The notes under the pieces were generated by a model. The model saw only the letters and a list, made by a program, of their open reading frames with translations. It searched no databases and was not told the origin of the DNA. A program made the position numbers and the translations under genes. Below are positions 47,056-55,730 of a DNA stretch of 64,000 nt, piece after piece. How positions within the stretch are numbered: the first letter of the stretch is position 1; every line of letters starts with the position of its first letter. The stretch comes from an uncultured Porphyromonadaceae bacterium (GTDB taxonomy: Bacteria; Bacteroidota; Bacteroidia; Bacteroidales; Muribaculaceae): contig CANOLV010000016.1 in the NCBI GenBank assembly GCA_947567425.1, positions 246 to 64,245 of the forward strand. Direction: 5' to 3'.

Positions 47056-47111
47056 ACAAAGGAGACAGCCCCACAAGCTTTTTTACATGCTTGCGGGGCT
47101 GTCTCCTTTGT
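47056..47111. terminator. Bidirectional terminator hairpin between the array and the convergent LRR gene
   Basis: 17-bp stem ACAAAGGAGACAGCCCC/GGGGCTGTCTCCTTTGT with a 22-nt loop. Confidence 0.7.
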
Positions 47112-47131
47112 TGCTTGCCGATAAGTATTCT

Positions 47132-49438
47132 TTAATTGTTGCTATATATGATCTTGCGGATGCCTTCAGATGTCTTCTTGATCAGGATCTGTCCTTCCTC
47201 GGGGTTCTCTACGCGGATACCCTGAAGATTGTAGTAAGTGGCTTTGCCGTCCTGTTCGTTCATTATATCCTCGATGCCCGACGGTTCGTCGCCGGTCCAT
47301 AAGATGTTGAGGAAGTCCTTCCATTCGTATGCCTCCTTATATGCATAGTAGCCTTCGGAAGGCACGTACAGTGTGGTTCCGGAATAGTTGTCGGATGTAA
47401 AGGCATTCTCTCCTTCGGTGATGGTCGGAGGCGTGACGGCCTTGCAATTGATCGACTTCAGATTCCAACAGCTCAGGAAGGCTACATTGCCCAGCGATTT
47501 AAGGGTCGATGGGAGTTCGAGTTCGGTAAGATTCCAGCACCATCCGAATGTGCGGAAGCCTATGGTGGTGACTCCTTCGGGGATAGTCAATTTTCCGGTG
47601 AATCCGGAGCAGCTGACGAATGCCTGGTCGCCGATTGTGGTCACGTTCTTTCCTATGGTAAGTGCGCCTTTGAAACCCTCGCACATGGCAAATGCCATGG
47701 AGCCGATCGACTCTACATTGTCGGGAATAGTGAGCGGTCCGGTCAGCTTGTCGCAATTGGCGAATGCCGAAGCGCCTATTGTCTGCAGTGAAGCGGGCAG
47801 TGTCAGCCATCCCCATAGTTTGCCGCAAAGCTGGAAGGCGGATTCGTCGATGACCGTTACCGAGTTGCCGAGTTCGAGACCGGTGATTTGAGAACATTGT
47901 GTGAACGCCTTTTTGCCTATGGTGGTGACATTCTCCGGTATGGTGAGTGTTCCTGACAGTGATGAGCAATTATAGAATGCGCCGTCGCCGACAACTGTCA
48001 CCGACGATGGTATGGCGAGTGTCCCGGACAGCGATGTGCATCCGAAGAACGTGTTTGGGGCTATTTTTGTCAAGTTGTCGGGAAGAGTCAGTTGGCCGTC
48101 GAGCGACGAGCAGCTCATGAATGCACCCTCGCCGATTGTGCTGACGGAGTTGGGTATTGTCAAGGAGCCTTTGAGGCTGGATGCGCCCATGAAGGCCTGC
48201 TTGCCTATTGAAGTCAGGCCGGAGCCGAATTTTATATCTCCGTCCAGTTTTTTACAACCGTTGAATGCTCCTTCGCCGATAGTGGTCAATCCTGCCGGGA
48301 AGTCAAGGCCTCCGGTCAGACCGCTGCATAGGATGAAGGCGTTTTTGCCTATGGATTGGAGGGCATTGCCGAATTTCAGAGTCCCGTTAAGTCCGATACA
48401 TGCGCTGAAGGCGCTTGTTCCTATAGTAGAGACTTTGTCGCCGAACACTAATCCTCCGGTGATGTTTTGGCATCCGTTGAATGCATTGTCTCCGATGACC
48501 TCAAGATTATCTCCGAGCGTTAGCGTGCCGGTGATATTCTTCATCCCGGAAAATGCGTTGTCCTTTATCGCCGAGACGATATACTCAACTCCGTCGACGG
48601 TCAAGGTGGAAGGGATGACCAGATTCTCGGCATCTGCTTCGGGATTGACGAATCCGATGACTGTGGCCCGTTTTGCCGTTTCATCAAAGGTATATGCCAG
48701 GATGCTTTCTGTTTCTTCCGGAGGTGTTAATGGATTGTCGATCTGTGTGACGTTGTCCAGTCCCACGAGTTTTAAGAATATGTCCTTTGTCGGAGTTACC
48801 TGGAAGTCGGTCGTCACTTTGTAGTTGTTGGCCTCTTCGGTGAATGTCAGTGTGTAGGCCTTGTCGATGCATGGGAATGCGTAGATGAAGTAGCCCTTTC
48901 CGTCGACGATGTCGGTGCATCCCTTATAATGCTTGCCGGGCATCTCTCCGAAAGGTTCGGTTCCGTCGGAGGCCACGGCATAGAGGTCGATGTCATATCC
49001 GGTGTTCATCTTGAATGGGAGTTCGTCGATGTTGACATACAGCATTTTGTATACGTTGACCCCACCTTCTGTGTATGCTGTCAGGCCGTCGGCATTTGCT
49101 ATTATATAGTAGTCTTTGTCCTCCATTGTCAGGGGATAATCAGCTTTTCCCCGGCTCCAATTGTTTGAGTATTGAACGTTGACATCCATGCCGACCGCGT
49201 CGTCCGAGATCGTGAATTTGTCAAAGGTCAGGTCGTACTTATCGACTGTTCCCTCGGAATAGCCGTTATAGCCGAAGTCTTTATAATTCTGGTCGGCGTC
49301 ATATCCCCATACGTACACCAGAGGCTTGTCGAAGCCCGTTTGGTTGCTGATGTAGAGCGTAGGCGAGGCGTTTGCCGGAAGACTGAAAAGTCCGAACGTT
49401 CCGAGCATACTTAAAAATAGGGTACTGGCTTTCTTCAT
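47132..49438 (-). CDS. BspA-like leucine-rich-repeat surface protein with T9SS C-terminal sorting domain
   Basis: 768 aa. Signal peptide MKKASTLFLSMLGTFGLFSLPANA, about 15 LRR_5-type units (IG..AF..C..L.G.L.IP..V..) and a CTD-like tail (ATYYNLQGIRVENPEEGQILIKK). Confidence 0.8.
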   Translation of the reverse strand: MKKASTLFLSMLGTFGLFSLPANASPTLYISNQTGFDKPLVYVWGYDADQNYKDFGYNGYSEGTVDKYDLTFDKFTISDDAVGMDVNVQYSNNWSRGKADYPLTMEDKDYYIIANADGLTAYTEGGVNVYKMLYVNIDELPFKMNTGYDIDLYAVASDGTEPFGEMPGKHYKGCTDIVDGKGYFIYAFPCIDKAYTLTFTEEANNYKVTTDFQVTPTKDIFLKLVGLDNVTQIDNPLTPPEETESILAYTFDETAKRATVIGFVNPEADAENLVIPSTLTVDGVEYIVSAIKDNAFSGMKNITGTLTLGDNLEVIGDNAFNGCQNITGGLVFGDKVSTIGTSAFSACIGLNGTLKFGNALQSIGKNAFILCSGLTGGLDFPAGLTTIGEGAFNGCKKLDGDIKFGSGLTSIGKQAFMGASSLKGSLTIPNSVSTIGEGAFMSCSSLDGQLTLPDNLTKIAPNTFFGCTSLSGTLAIPSSVTVVGDGAFYNCSSLSGTLTIPENVTTIGKKAFTQCSQITGLELGNSVTVIDESAFQLCGKLWGWLTLPASLQTIGASAFANCDKLTGPLTIPDNVESIGSMAFAMCEGFKGALTIGKNVTTIGDQAFVSCSGFTGKLTIPEGVTTIGFRTFGWCWNLTELELPSTLKSLGNVAFLSCWNLKSINCKAVTPPTITEGENAFTSDNYSGTTLYVPSEGYYAYKEAYEWKDFLNILWTGDEPSGIEDIMNEQDGKATYYNLQGIRVENPEEGQILIKKTSEGIRKIIYSNN
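47518..48571 (-). repeat. Internal LRR_5/BspA-type coding repeats
   Basis: Iterated ~23-aa units across about 350 residues. Confidence 0.65.
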
Positions 49439-49482
49439 AAAATAACGTTGGTTTATAAGATGTTTGTCGAATCAAATATGTG

Positions 49483-49490
49483 CAAAGTTA
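49483..49490 (-). promoter_or_regulatory. -7 promoter box (TAACTTTG) for the LRR gene
   Basis: Minus strand reads TAACTTTG, 45-52 nt upstream of the ATG at 49438. Confidence 0.45.
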
Positions 49491-49511
49491 AGAAGATAGA
49501 TAAAAGTCTGA

Positions 49512-49527
49512 ATTGATTTAAATCAAT
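49512..49527. promoter_or_regulatory. Perfect FNR/CRP-family box ATTGAT-TTAA-ATCAAT
   Basis: 16-bp perfect palindrome containing TTGAT-N4-ATCAA. Lies between the Crp/Fnr regulator stop (49571) and the LRR gene start (49438). Confidence 0.6.
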
Positions 49528-49570
49528 AAATAGTGCAATGGATGAAAAATTGAGGCAGTATATTATAGGT

Positions 49571-50161
49571 TCATTTGTCGGTCCTGACTCTGTTGCGTCT
49601 GACTCTTGACAATGTTTCCGGTGTTATTTTAAGATATTGCGCGATGTATTTCAAGGGTATTGCGTTGAGCACCTCTATGGGTCTGGCCCGCAGAAGGGCC
49701 TCGTAGCGCGACAGAGCGTCGCCCGTGCCGATTATGATATACCGTTGTTCGAGTACATAAAGCTGTTCCATAAGCAGTCTGACCAGCCAATCCTGCAGGT
49801 CGCGTGACTTTTGTATGATCTCTTTGAAATCGTCAAATTCGACTACGTATGCATCAACGTCGGAAATCGCCTCGATCGAGAATATCGCCGGAGCGCCTGT
49901 ATGAAATGCTGTCACCGATGTCAGGACGTCGCCTTCTGATGCAAACCATCGGGTGTCGGTGGTCTCGTCTTTTTCATAAATACCGCGGAGCAGTCCTTCG
50001 GCCACGAAAAATATGGATGTGCATTTCCGGCCTTGAGTGACTAAGTGCTGGTTTTTGTTGAAATGTCTGAGTTTGGACACTTTTTCCAATTTTGCCGTAA
50101 CTTCGTTCTGGAGTGGATAAACTTCGTTGAGGATCTCCGCGAGAGAATTATATCGTTTCAT
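49571..50161 (-). CDS. Crp/Fnr family transcriptional regulator
   Basis: cNMP-binding beta-roll (FFVAEGLLRGIY) plus C-terminal HTH IAQYLKITPETLSRVRR. Start set to the ATG at 50161 because a TAAATTTG box (50234-50241, minus) overlaps the longest-ORF start. Confidence 0.85.
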   Translation of the reverse strand: MKRYNSLAEILNEVYPLQNEVTAKLEKVSKLRHFNKNQHLVTQGRKCTSIFFVAEGLLRGIYEKDETTDTRWFASEGDVLTSVTAFHTGAPAIFSIEAISDVDAYVVEFDDFKEIIQKSRDLQDWLVRLLMEQLYVLEQRYIIIGTGDALSRYEALLRARPIEVLNAIPLKYIAQYLKITPETLSRVRRNRVRTDK

Positions 50162-50391
50162 CTGATAATGGCCGTTATGGTTGTAAAGAATAATTAATGG
50201 AGTGTGACGTACCGATAGTATGCTCTCCCATGGCAAATTTAATACTTTTCGTTAGACTAATATCATGCCGTTACTCGGAAAAACGATATCAGCATGAAAA
50301 TGTGGCCGCGTTGCGGCCTCCTGAGATGGCCCTGACTGGGTAGGGGCTTATTTTATGTCGGCTATGGGTGCGGATATTGACGGAAGTTGCG

Positions 50392-50399
50392 TATATTTG
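50392..50399 (+). promoter_or_regulatory. -7 promoter box (TATATTTG)
   Basis: 80 nt upstream of the ATG at 50479. Confidence 0.4.
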
Positions 50400-50478
50400 T
50401 AGCTTCAAACTTAACAGGCGTCTCTTTTGTTTGACATAAACATTGCCACTGTTTGAATTAAATTAACGAATAGATTAT

Positions 50479-51693
50479 ATGCCACAAGTATCAGAACGTG
50501 GGGAAATTATGCCGGCATCCCCGATTCGCCGTCTTGTCCCTTTGGCCAATAAGGCTATGGCTAAGGGAGTCAAAGTTTATCGCCTGAACATAGGCCAGCC
50601 TGATGTGCCCACGCCGCAGGAAGGCCTCGACGCATTGAAGCATATCGACCGAAAAGTGCTTGAATATAGTCCGTCCGACGGACTGCCGTCGTTGAGAAAG
50701 AAGCTGAAGGAGTATTATAAGAAGTATAATATAGAAGTGGATGTCGACGATATAATCGTCACTACCGGAGGGTCGGAAGCAGTGCTGTTTGCATTTATGG
50801 CCTGTCTGGATCCTGGCGACGAGATAATTGTCCCGGAGCCGGCATACGCCAACTATATGGCTTTCGCCATATCGGCCGGAGCCAAGATTGTCACTGTTCC
50901 GTCGAGCATCGAGGAGGGATTCGCGCTTCCGCCGGTGGAAAAATTTGAAGAACTCATCACTCCGCGTACCAAGGGCATACTGATCTGCAATCCGAATAAT
51001 CCCACAGGCTATCTCTATACGATGAAGGAGATGCTTCAGATCCGCGATCTGGTGAAGAAGTATGATCTTTTCCTATTCTCCGACGAAGTTTACCGCGAGT
51101 TCTGTTATACGGGTGCACCCTATATATCCGCATTTCATCTGCCCGGCATTGAGGAGCAGGTGGTGCTTATCGACTCGGTGTCGAAGCGCTACAATGAGTG
51201 CGGCATACGTATCGGTGCTTTAATCACCAAGCATAAGGAGCTGAAGAAGAATGTGATGAAGTTCTGCCAGGCACGTCTGAGTCCGCCTCTTTTGGGTCAG
51301 ATAGTGGCTGAGGCTTCTATAGATGCTCCTGCAGACTATATGCTCGCTACCTACAATGAGTATGTGGAGCGGCGCAAGTTCCTGATCGACGAGCTTAACA
51401 AGATCCCCGGGTGCTATTCGCCGATACCGATGGGCGCGTTCTACACCGTGGTGAAGCTTCCTGTAGACGATGCCGACAAGTTTTGTGAATGGTGTCTGGA
51501 AGAGTTTGAATATGAGGGGCAGACCGTGTTCATGGCGCCTGCTTCCGGATTCTATACCACTCCGGGAATGGGACGGAATGAGGTCCGCATGGCCTACGTG
51601 CTTAACAAGGAGGATCTGGGCCGGGCCATGCATGTGCTCCGCGAGGCGTTGAAGGCATATCCCGGACGCACGCTTTCTGGTTGTGACGACTGA
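50479..51693 (+). CDS. Pyridoxal-phosphate-dependent aminotransferase (class I, aspartate aminotransferase-like)
   Basis: 404 aa. NPNNPTG and the PLP-lysine block SVSKRY. Confidence 0.85.
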   Translation: MPQVSERGEIMPASPIRRLVPLANKAMAKGVKVYRLNIGQPDVPTPQEGLDALKHIDRKVLEYSPSDGLPSLRKKLKEYYKKYNIEVDVDDIIVTTGGSEAVLFAFMACLDPGDEIIVPEPAYANYMAFAISAGAKIVTVPSSIEEGFALPPVEKFEELITPRTKGILICNPNNPTGYLYTMKEMLQIRDLVKKYDLFLFSDEVYREFCYTGAPYISAFHLPGIEEQVVLIDSVSKRYNECGIRIGALITKHKELKKNVMKFCQARLSPPLLGQIVAEASIDAPADYMLATYNEYVERRKFLIDELNKIPGCYSPIPMGAFYTVVKLPVDDADKFCEWCLEEFEYEGQTVFMAPASGFYTTPGMGRNEVRMAYVLNKEDLGRAMHVLREALKAYPGRTLSGCDD

Positions 51694-51698
51694 ATGCT

Positions 51699-52949
51699 AT
51701 GGGGTATGAGTTGATGGTGGCGCGTCGGCTGAGGCTCCGTACCGACGAACGCGGGCTTTCGCCGAGCATTGTGATCGCGGCAGTAGGAATAACGCTGTCG
51801 CTGGTCGTGATGATAGCTTCCTTGTGCATAGTCCTCGGATTTAAGCGGGAGATCCGTAATAAGGTCATGGGGTTTGATGCGCATGTGAGCATAATACCCG
51901 GACATCTGTCGACGGAGGATGCCGAAGATAGTTTTATCGAATTTACGCCTGAACTGCGCGACATTGTCGCCGGCACGGGCCTGTTCGGCGAGCCGTCGCC
52001 GACGTTGGATCAGCCGGGCATCATCAAGACCGACTCCGATTTTGAGGGAATAGTGGTCCGTGGAGTGAAGTCGGGCGGTAGCCGCGACTTCATCGAGTCG
52101 AACCTCGTGGCGGGATATATACCCGACTTTTCACTCGAAGAGTCCAAGAATAAGATTGTGATCTCCGGCGTGACGGCCGATGCGCTCGGTCTGGGAGCGG
52201 GCGACCGCGTATATGCCTATTTCTTTACCGGAGGATCGGTTCGGGTCAGGCGGTTAGATGTGGCGGGAATCTACGACACGCATTTCGGCGACTATGACAA
52301 GGTGTATGCTTTCGGTTCGCTCGGCATGACTCAGGCCCTGAATTCGCTTGATAGTCTTTCCTGCAATAAGGTGGAGCTTTACATGAACGACGCGTCTGAC
52401 ATCGACGCAGGTGCGCTTGCTCTTCAGGAGCAGATGATGAGGGCGGTGTATGAAGGCCGGTTGTCGGGCATGTACCGGCTCTCGTCGGTAAATGCCACGG
52501 GCATGATGTACTTCAACTGGCTTGACCTTCTTGACACGAATGTCGTGGTTATACTGGTGCTGATGGGATTGGTGTCGGGATTTACCTTGATTTCCAGCCT
52601 GTTCATCATAATTCTTGAACGGGTCAACATGATCGGCATACTTAAGGCTATGGGGGCTAAAAACGGATCCATAAGAAAAATCTTCATATATCTGGCTCAG
52701 AGGATAGTGGTCATGGGCATGTTGGCCGGCAATTTGCTGGGAATAGGGCTGATGGAGCTTCAGAAGCATACCCACGTCATCCCTCTGTCGCCCGAAGCCT
52801 ACTATCTGAGCTATGTGCCGGTGGAGATCAACTGGTGGCACATATTGGCTTTGAATGCCGGAGTGTTCGTGGTGGCATGGGCCATGCTCCTTATACCCGG
52901 ACAGCTGATTGCAAAGATCTCCCCGGCTTCATCTATTCGCTATGAATAA
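51699..52949 (+). CDS. FtsX-like ABC transporter permease (LolC/E family)
   Basis: 416 aa. N-terminal TM, MacB-like periplasmic domain and C-terminal FtsX 3-TM bundle (ILKAMGAKN). Confidence 0.8.
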   Translation: MGYELMVARRLRLRTDERGLSPSIVIAAVGITLSLVVMIASLCIVLGFKREIRNKVMGFDAHVSIIPGHLSTEDAEDSFIEFTPELRDIVAGTGLFGEPSPTLDQPGIIKTDSDFEGIVVRGVKSGGSRDFIESNLVAGYIPDFSLEESKNKIVISGVTADALGLGAGDRVYAYFFTGGSVRVRRLDVAGIYDTHFGDYDKVYAFGSLGMTQALNSLDSLSCNKVELYMNDASDIDAGALALQEQMMRAVYEGRLSGMYRLSSVNATGMMYFNWLDLLDTNVVVILVLMGLVSGFTLISSLFIIILERVNMIGILKAMGAKNGSIRKIFIYLAQRIVVMGMLAGNLLGIGLMELQKHTHVIPLSPEAYYLSYVPVEINWWHILALNAGVFVVAWAMLLIPGQLIAKISPASSIRYE

Positions 52950-53022
52950 GCAACTTTAGGGCGATATGGATTGTTGTATTTTTATTAACACTGATTAATA
53001 AAAATATTTAAAGGAATTGCAT

Positions 53023-53030
53023 TACCTTTG
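53023..53030 (+). promoter_or_regulatory. -7 promoter box (TACCTTTG)
   Basis: 32 nt upstream of the rsfS ATG. Confidence 0.5.
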
Positions 53031-53061
53031 TAATTTATTAGACATATTTTTGAATTAAATA

Positions 53062-53421
53062 ATGAACGCAAAAACTGATATTTTAAAACTGATAATAGAG
53101 GGAATCCAGGAGCGCAAGGGAAAGCATATCACTGTCGTGGATCTGACTGAGATAGAAGGAGCCGCCGCGTCCGGTTTTGTGATTTGCCAAGGCTCGTCGA
53201 CTATGCAGGTGTCCGCCATTGCCGACAGTGTCCGCGAATACGTTCAGGAGCAGGGCGGAGTAAAGCCTTATAATTACGACGGCTACCAGAATTCGCAGTG
53301 GATAGTGCTTGACTATGGCGATTGGTTCGTGCATATATTCCTTCCTGATATCCGTGAATATTATAATCTGGAGGAGCTTTGGAGCGATGCCGACATAAAG
53401 GAGATTCCCGATCTGGACTAA
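53062..53421 (+). CDS. rsfS: Ribosome silencing factor RsfS
   Basis: 119 aa, RsfS/YbeB-like (VVDLTEIEG..FVICQGSS..WIVLDYGDWFVHIF). Confidence 0.9.
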   Translation: MNAKTDILKLIIEGIQERKGKHITVVDLTEIEGAAASGFVICQGSSTMQVSAIADSVREYVQEQGGVKPYNYDGYQNSQWIVLDYGDWFVHIFLPDIREYYNLEELWSDADIKEIPDLD

Positions 53422-53460
53422 GAAGAATAAATGTTAATAAGATCATATTCTATTCCTTAA

Positions 53461-55506
53461 ATGAGCATGGAGCAGAAACCTAAAAAGAGAACCATAAAAT
53501 TCAGCATATACTGGATGTACGCTATTGTGGCGCTGTTTATCGTCGGTCTGTATGTGCTTGACGACAATTCGATTACGAAGGAGGTCAGCTATTCGGACTT
53601 TGAGAAGCAGGTGCTTGACGGCGGCGTGGAGCGTATAGTCGTGTTCACAAATAAGAATCAGGCAGAGGCGTACCTTGCCGATTCAGTGGCCTCGAAGATA
53701 TTCCATAAGAGCCAGTTTACGCAAAATTCCGGACAGGAGGCAAAGCTTCTGACCGACATCCCGAGCGCCGACAAACTTCAGGACAAGATCGAGCAGTGGA
53801 AAGCTGAAGGAGTGTTCAACGGCGATGTGAAGTTTGAGAAGGGCAGCGACTTTTCGGCTCTGCTATGGTCGTTCGGCCCGATTATTCTGATTATCGCCTT
53901 CTGGATATTCGCTTTCCGCCGTATGTCAAATAAGGACGGAGGCAGCGGAGGCGTGTTCAGTGTTGGCAAGTCGAAAGCTAAGATTTTTGATAAAGACGGC
54001 CCGATACAGGTGACATTCAAGGATGTGGCCGGACTGTCGGAGGCAAAGACGGAGATCGAGGAGATCGTGGAATTTCTTAAGAATCCGCAGCGCTACACCG
54101 ATCTCGGCGGCAAGATACCAAAGGGTGCGCTTTTGGTGGGCCCTCCCGGAACCGGTAAGACTCTGCTTGCCAAGGCTGTTGCCGGAGAGGCTAACGTGCC
54201 GTTCTTCTCTATGTCGGGATCCGACTTCGTGGAGATGTTCGTCGGTGTGGGTGCTTCGCGTGTGCGCGATCTGTTCCGTCAGGCTAAGGAGAAGGCTCCG
54301 TGCATCGTGTTTATCGATGAGATCGATGCGGTAGGCCGTGCCCGTGGGCGTAATCCGAACATGGGAGCCAATGACGAACGTGAGAACACGCTCAACCAGT
54401 TGCTTACAGAAATGGACGGTTTCGGATCTAATTCCGGAGTGATTATACTTGCGGCCACTAACCGTGCCGACATTCTCGACAAGGCTTTGATGCGTGCCGG
54501 ACGTTTCGACAGGCAAATTTATGTGGATTTGCCCGATTTGAACGACCGTGTGGCCATATTCAAGGTCCATCTGCGCAATATAAAGACTGACGAATCGCTG
54601 GACGTGGAGACTCTTGCCCGCCAGACTCCCGGATTCTCCGGTGCCGACATAGCAAATGTCTGCAATGAGGCCGCGCTTATTGCGGCCCGAGGCAACAAGA
54701 AGGCCGTGACCAAGGAGGATTTCAACAATGCGGTCGACCGTATAATCGGCGGACTCGAAAAGCGTTCGAAAATAACTACTGACGAGGAGAAGCATGCCAT
54801 CGCAGTACATGAGGCCGGACATGCCACCATATCCTGGCATCTGCGTTATGCTTCGCCTCTGATCAAGGTGACGATTGTGCCTCGCGGCAAGGCGCTTGGT
54901 GCCGCATGGTATCTGCCGGAAGAGCGCCAGATCACTCCGTCGCAGGCCCTGCTTGACGAAATGTGCGCCACTTTGGGCGGTCGTGCCGCCGAAGAGCTGT
55001 TCCTCGGACGGATATCTACCGGTGCCGCCAACGACCTTGAGCGTGTAACCAAGCTGGCCTACGCCATGGTGGTCTACTACGGAATGAGCGACCGTCTGCC
55101 CAATCTGAGCTATTACGATTCGACCGGTCAGGAATATGGCTTCTCCAAGCCCTACAGCGAGGAACGGGCCAAGGATATTGACGCCGAAGTGTCGAGAATC
55201 ATAAATGAGCAGTATGAACGTGCTAAGAAGATTCTGACCGAGCATTCGGATGGGCATCGACAGCTGGCCGAAGTGCTCATTGCCCGCGAGGTGATATTCA
55301 CCGAAGATGTAGAACGTATATTCGGTAAGCGTCCGTGGGTGTCGCGTACCGACGAGATTTTCGCAAGCCGCAAGGAGCAGGAAGAGAATAAGAAGTTGCC
55401 CGAAAATGCTGAAAGCGGTGATGCCGGCAGCGCATCTGAACAAGGCACTCCTGCGATTCCGCCCGTACCGCCGCAGGCTGGACTTCCGGACGCGCCGGGA
55501 AATTAA
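53461..55506 (+). CDS. ftsH: ATP-dependent zinc metalloprotease FtsH
   Basis: 681 aa. Walker A GPPGTGKT, second region of homology (SRH) and zinc motif HEAGHA. Confidence 0.95.
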   Translation: MSMEQKPKKRTIKFSIYWMYAIVALFIVGLYVLDDNSITKEVSYSDFEKQVLDGGVERIVVFTNKNQAEAYLADSVASKIFHKSQFTQNSGQEAKLLTDIPSADKLQDKIEQWKAEGVFNGDVKFEKGSDFSALLWSFGPIILIIAFWIFAFRRMSNKDGGSGGVFSVGKSKAKIFDKDGPIQVTFKDVAGLSEAKTEIEEIVEFLKNPQRYTDLGGKIPKGALLVGPPGTGKTLLAKAVAGEANVPFFSMSGSDFVEMFVGVGASRVRDLFRQAKEKAPCIVFIDEIDAVGRARGRNPNMGANDERENTLNQLLTEMDGFGSNSGVIILAATNRADILDKALMRAGRFDRQIYVDLPDLNDRVAIFKVHLRNIKTDESLDVETLARQTPGFSGADIANVCNEAALIAARGNKKAVTKEDFNNAVDRIIGGLEKRSKITTDEEKHAIAVHEAGHATISWHLRYASPLIKVTIVPRGKALGAAWYLPEERQITPSQALLDEMCATLGGRAAEELFLGRISTGAANDLERVTKLAYAMVVYYGMSDRLPNLSYYDSTGQEYGFSKPYSEERAKDIDAEVSRIINEQYERAKKILTEHSDGHRQLAEVLIAREVIFTEDVERIFGKRPWVSRTDEIFASRKEQEENKKLPENAESGDAGSASEQGTPAIPPVPPQAGLPDAPGN

Positions 55507-55522
55507 TCAAGGCATTCATCAG

Positions 55523-55569
55523 CCGCGCCGGAGGTTTATGTCCATTACCTCCGGCGCGGTTTCGTTTTT
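55523..55569 (+). terminator. Rho-independent terminator after ftsH
   Basis: 13-bp stem CCGCGCCGGAGGT/ACCTCCGGCGCGG followed by TTTCGTTTTT. Confidence 0.8.
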
Positions 55570-55693
55570 GTGCATTTTGTACCGGAGAACAATTGATTTT
55601 GTGAGATGGAAACTCGTACTCTAATTCTACCTAATTCTAATTCCTGCGAACTTAAAAATATTGGAAGGTGTTGTAAAAGCGAGGGAATATGCA

Positions 55694-55701
55694 TAACTTT
55701 G
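55694..55701 (+). promoter_or_regulatory. -7 promoter box (TAACTTTG) for dapA
   Basis: Lies just inside the longest ORF (start 55689), which argues for the downstream ATG at 55731. Confidence 0.45.
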
Positions 55702-55730
55702 CAATTACAAAAACATCCACAACATATTAT

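Noticed and set aside
46997-47302. 101-aa plus-strand ORF starting in the right direct repeat and running into the 3' end of the LRR gene.
   Set aside because: It crosses a 17-bp-stem terminator and overlaps the convergent LRR coding region. It is most likely a remnant start (a copy of the left repeat) fused to antisense sequence.
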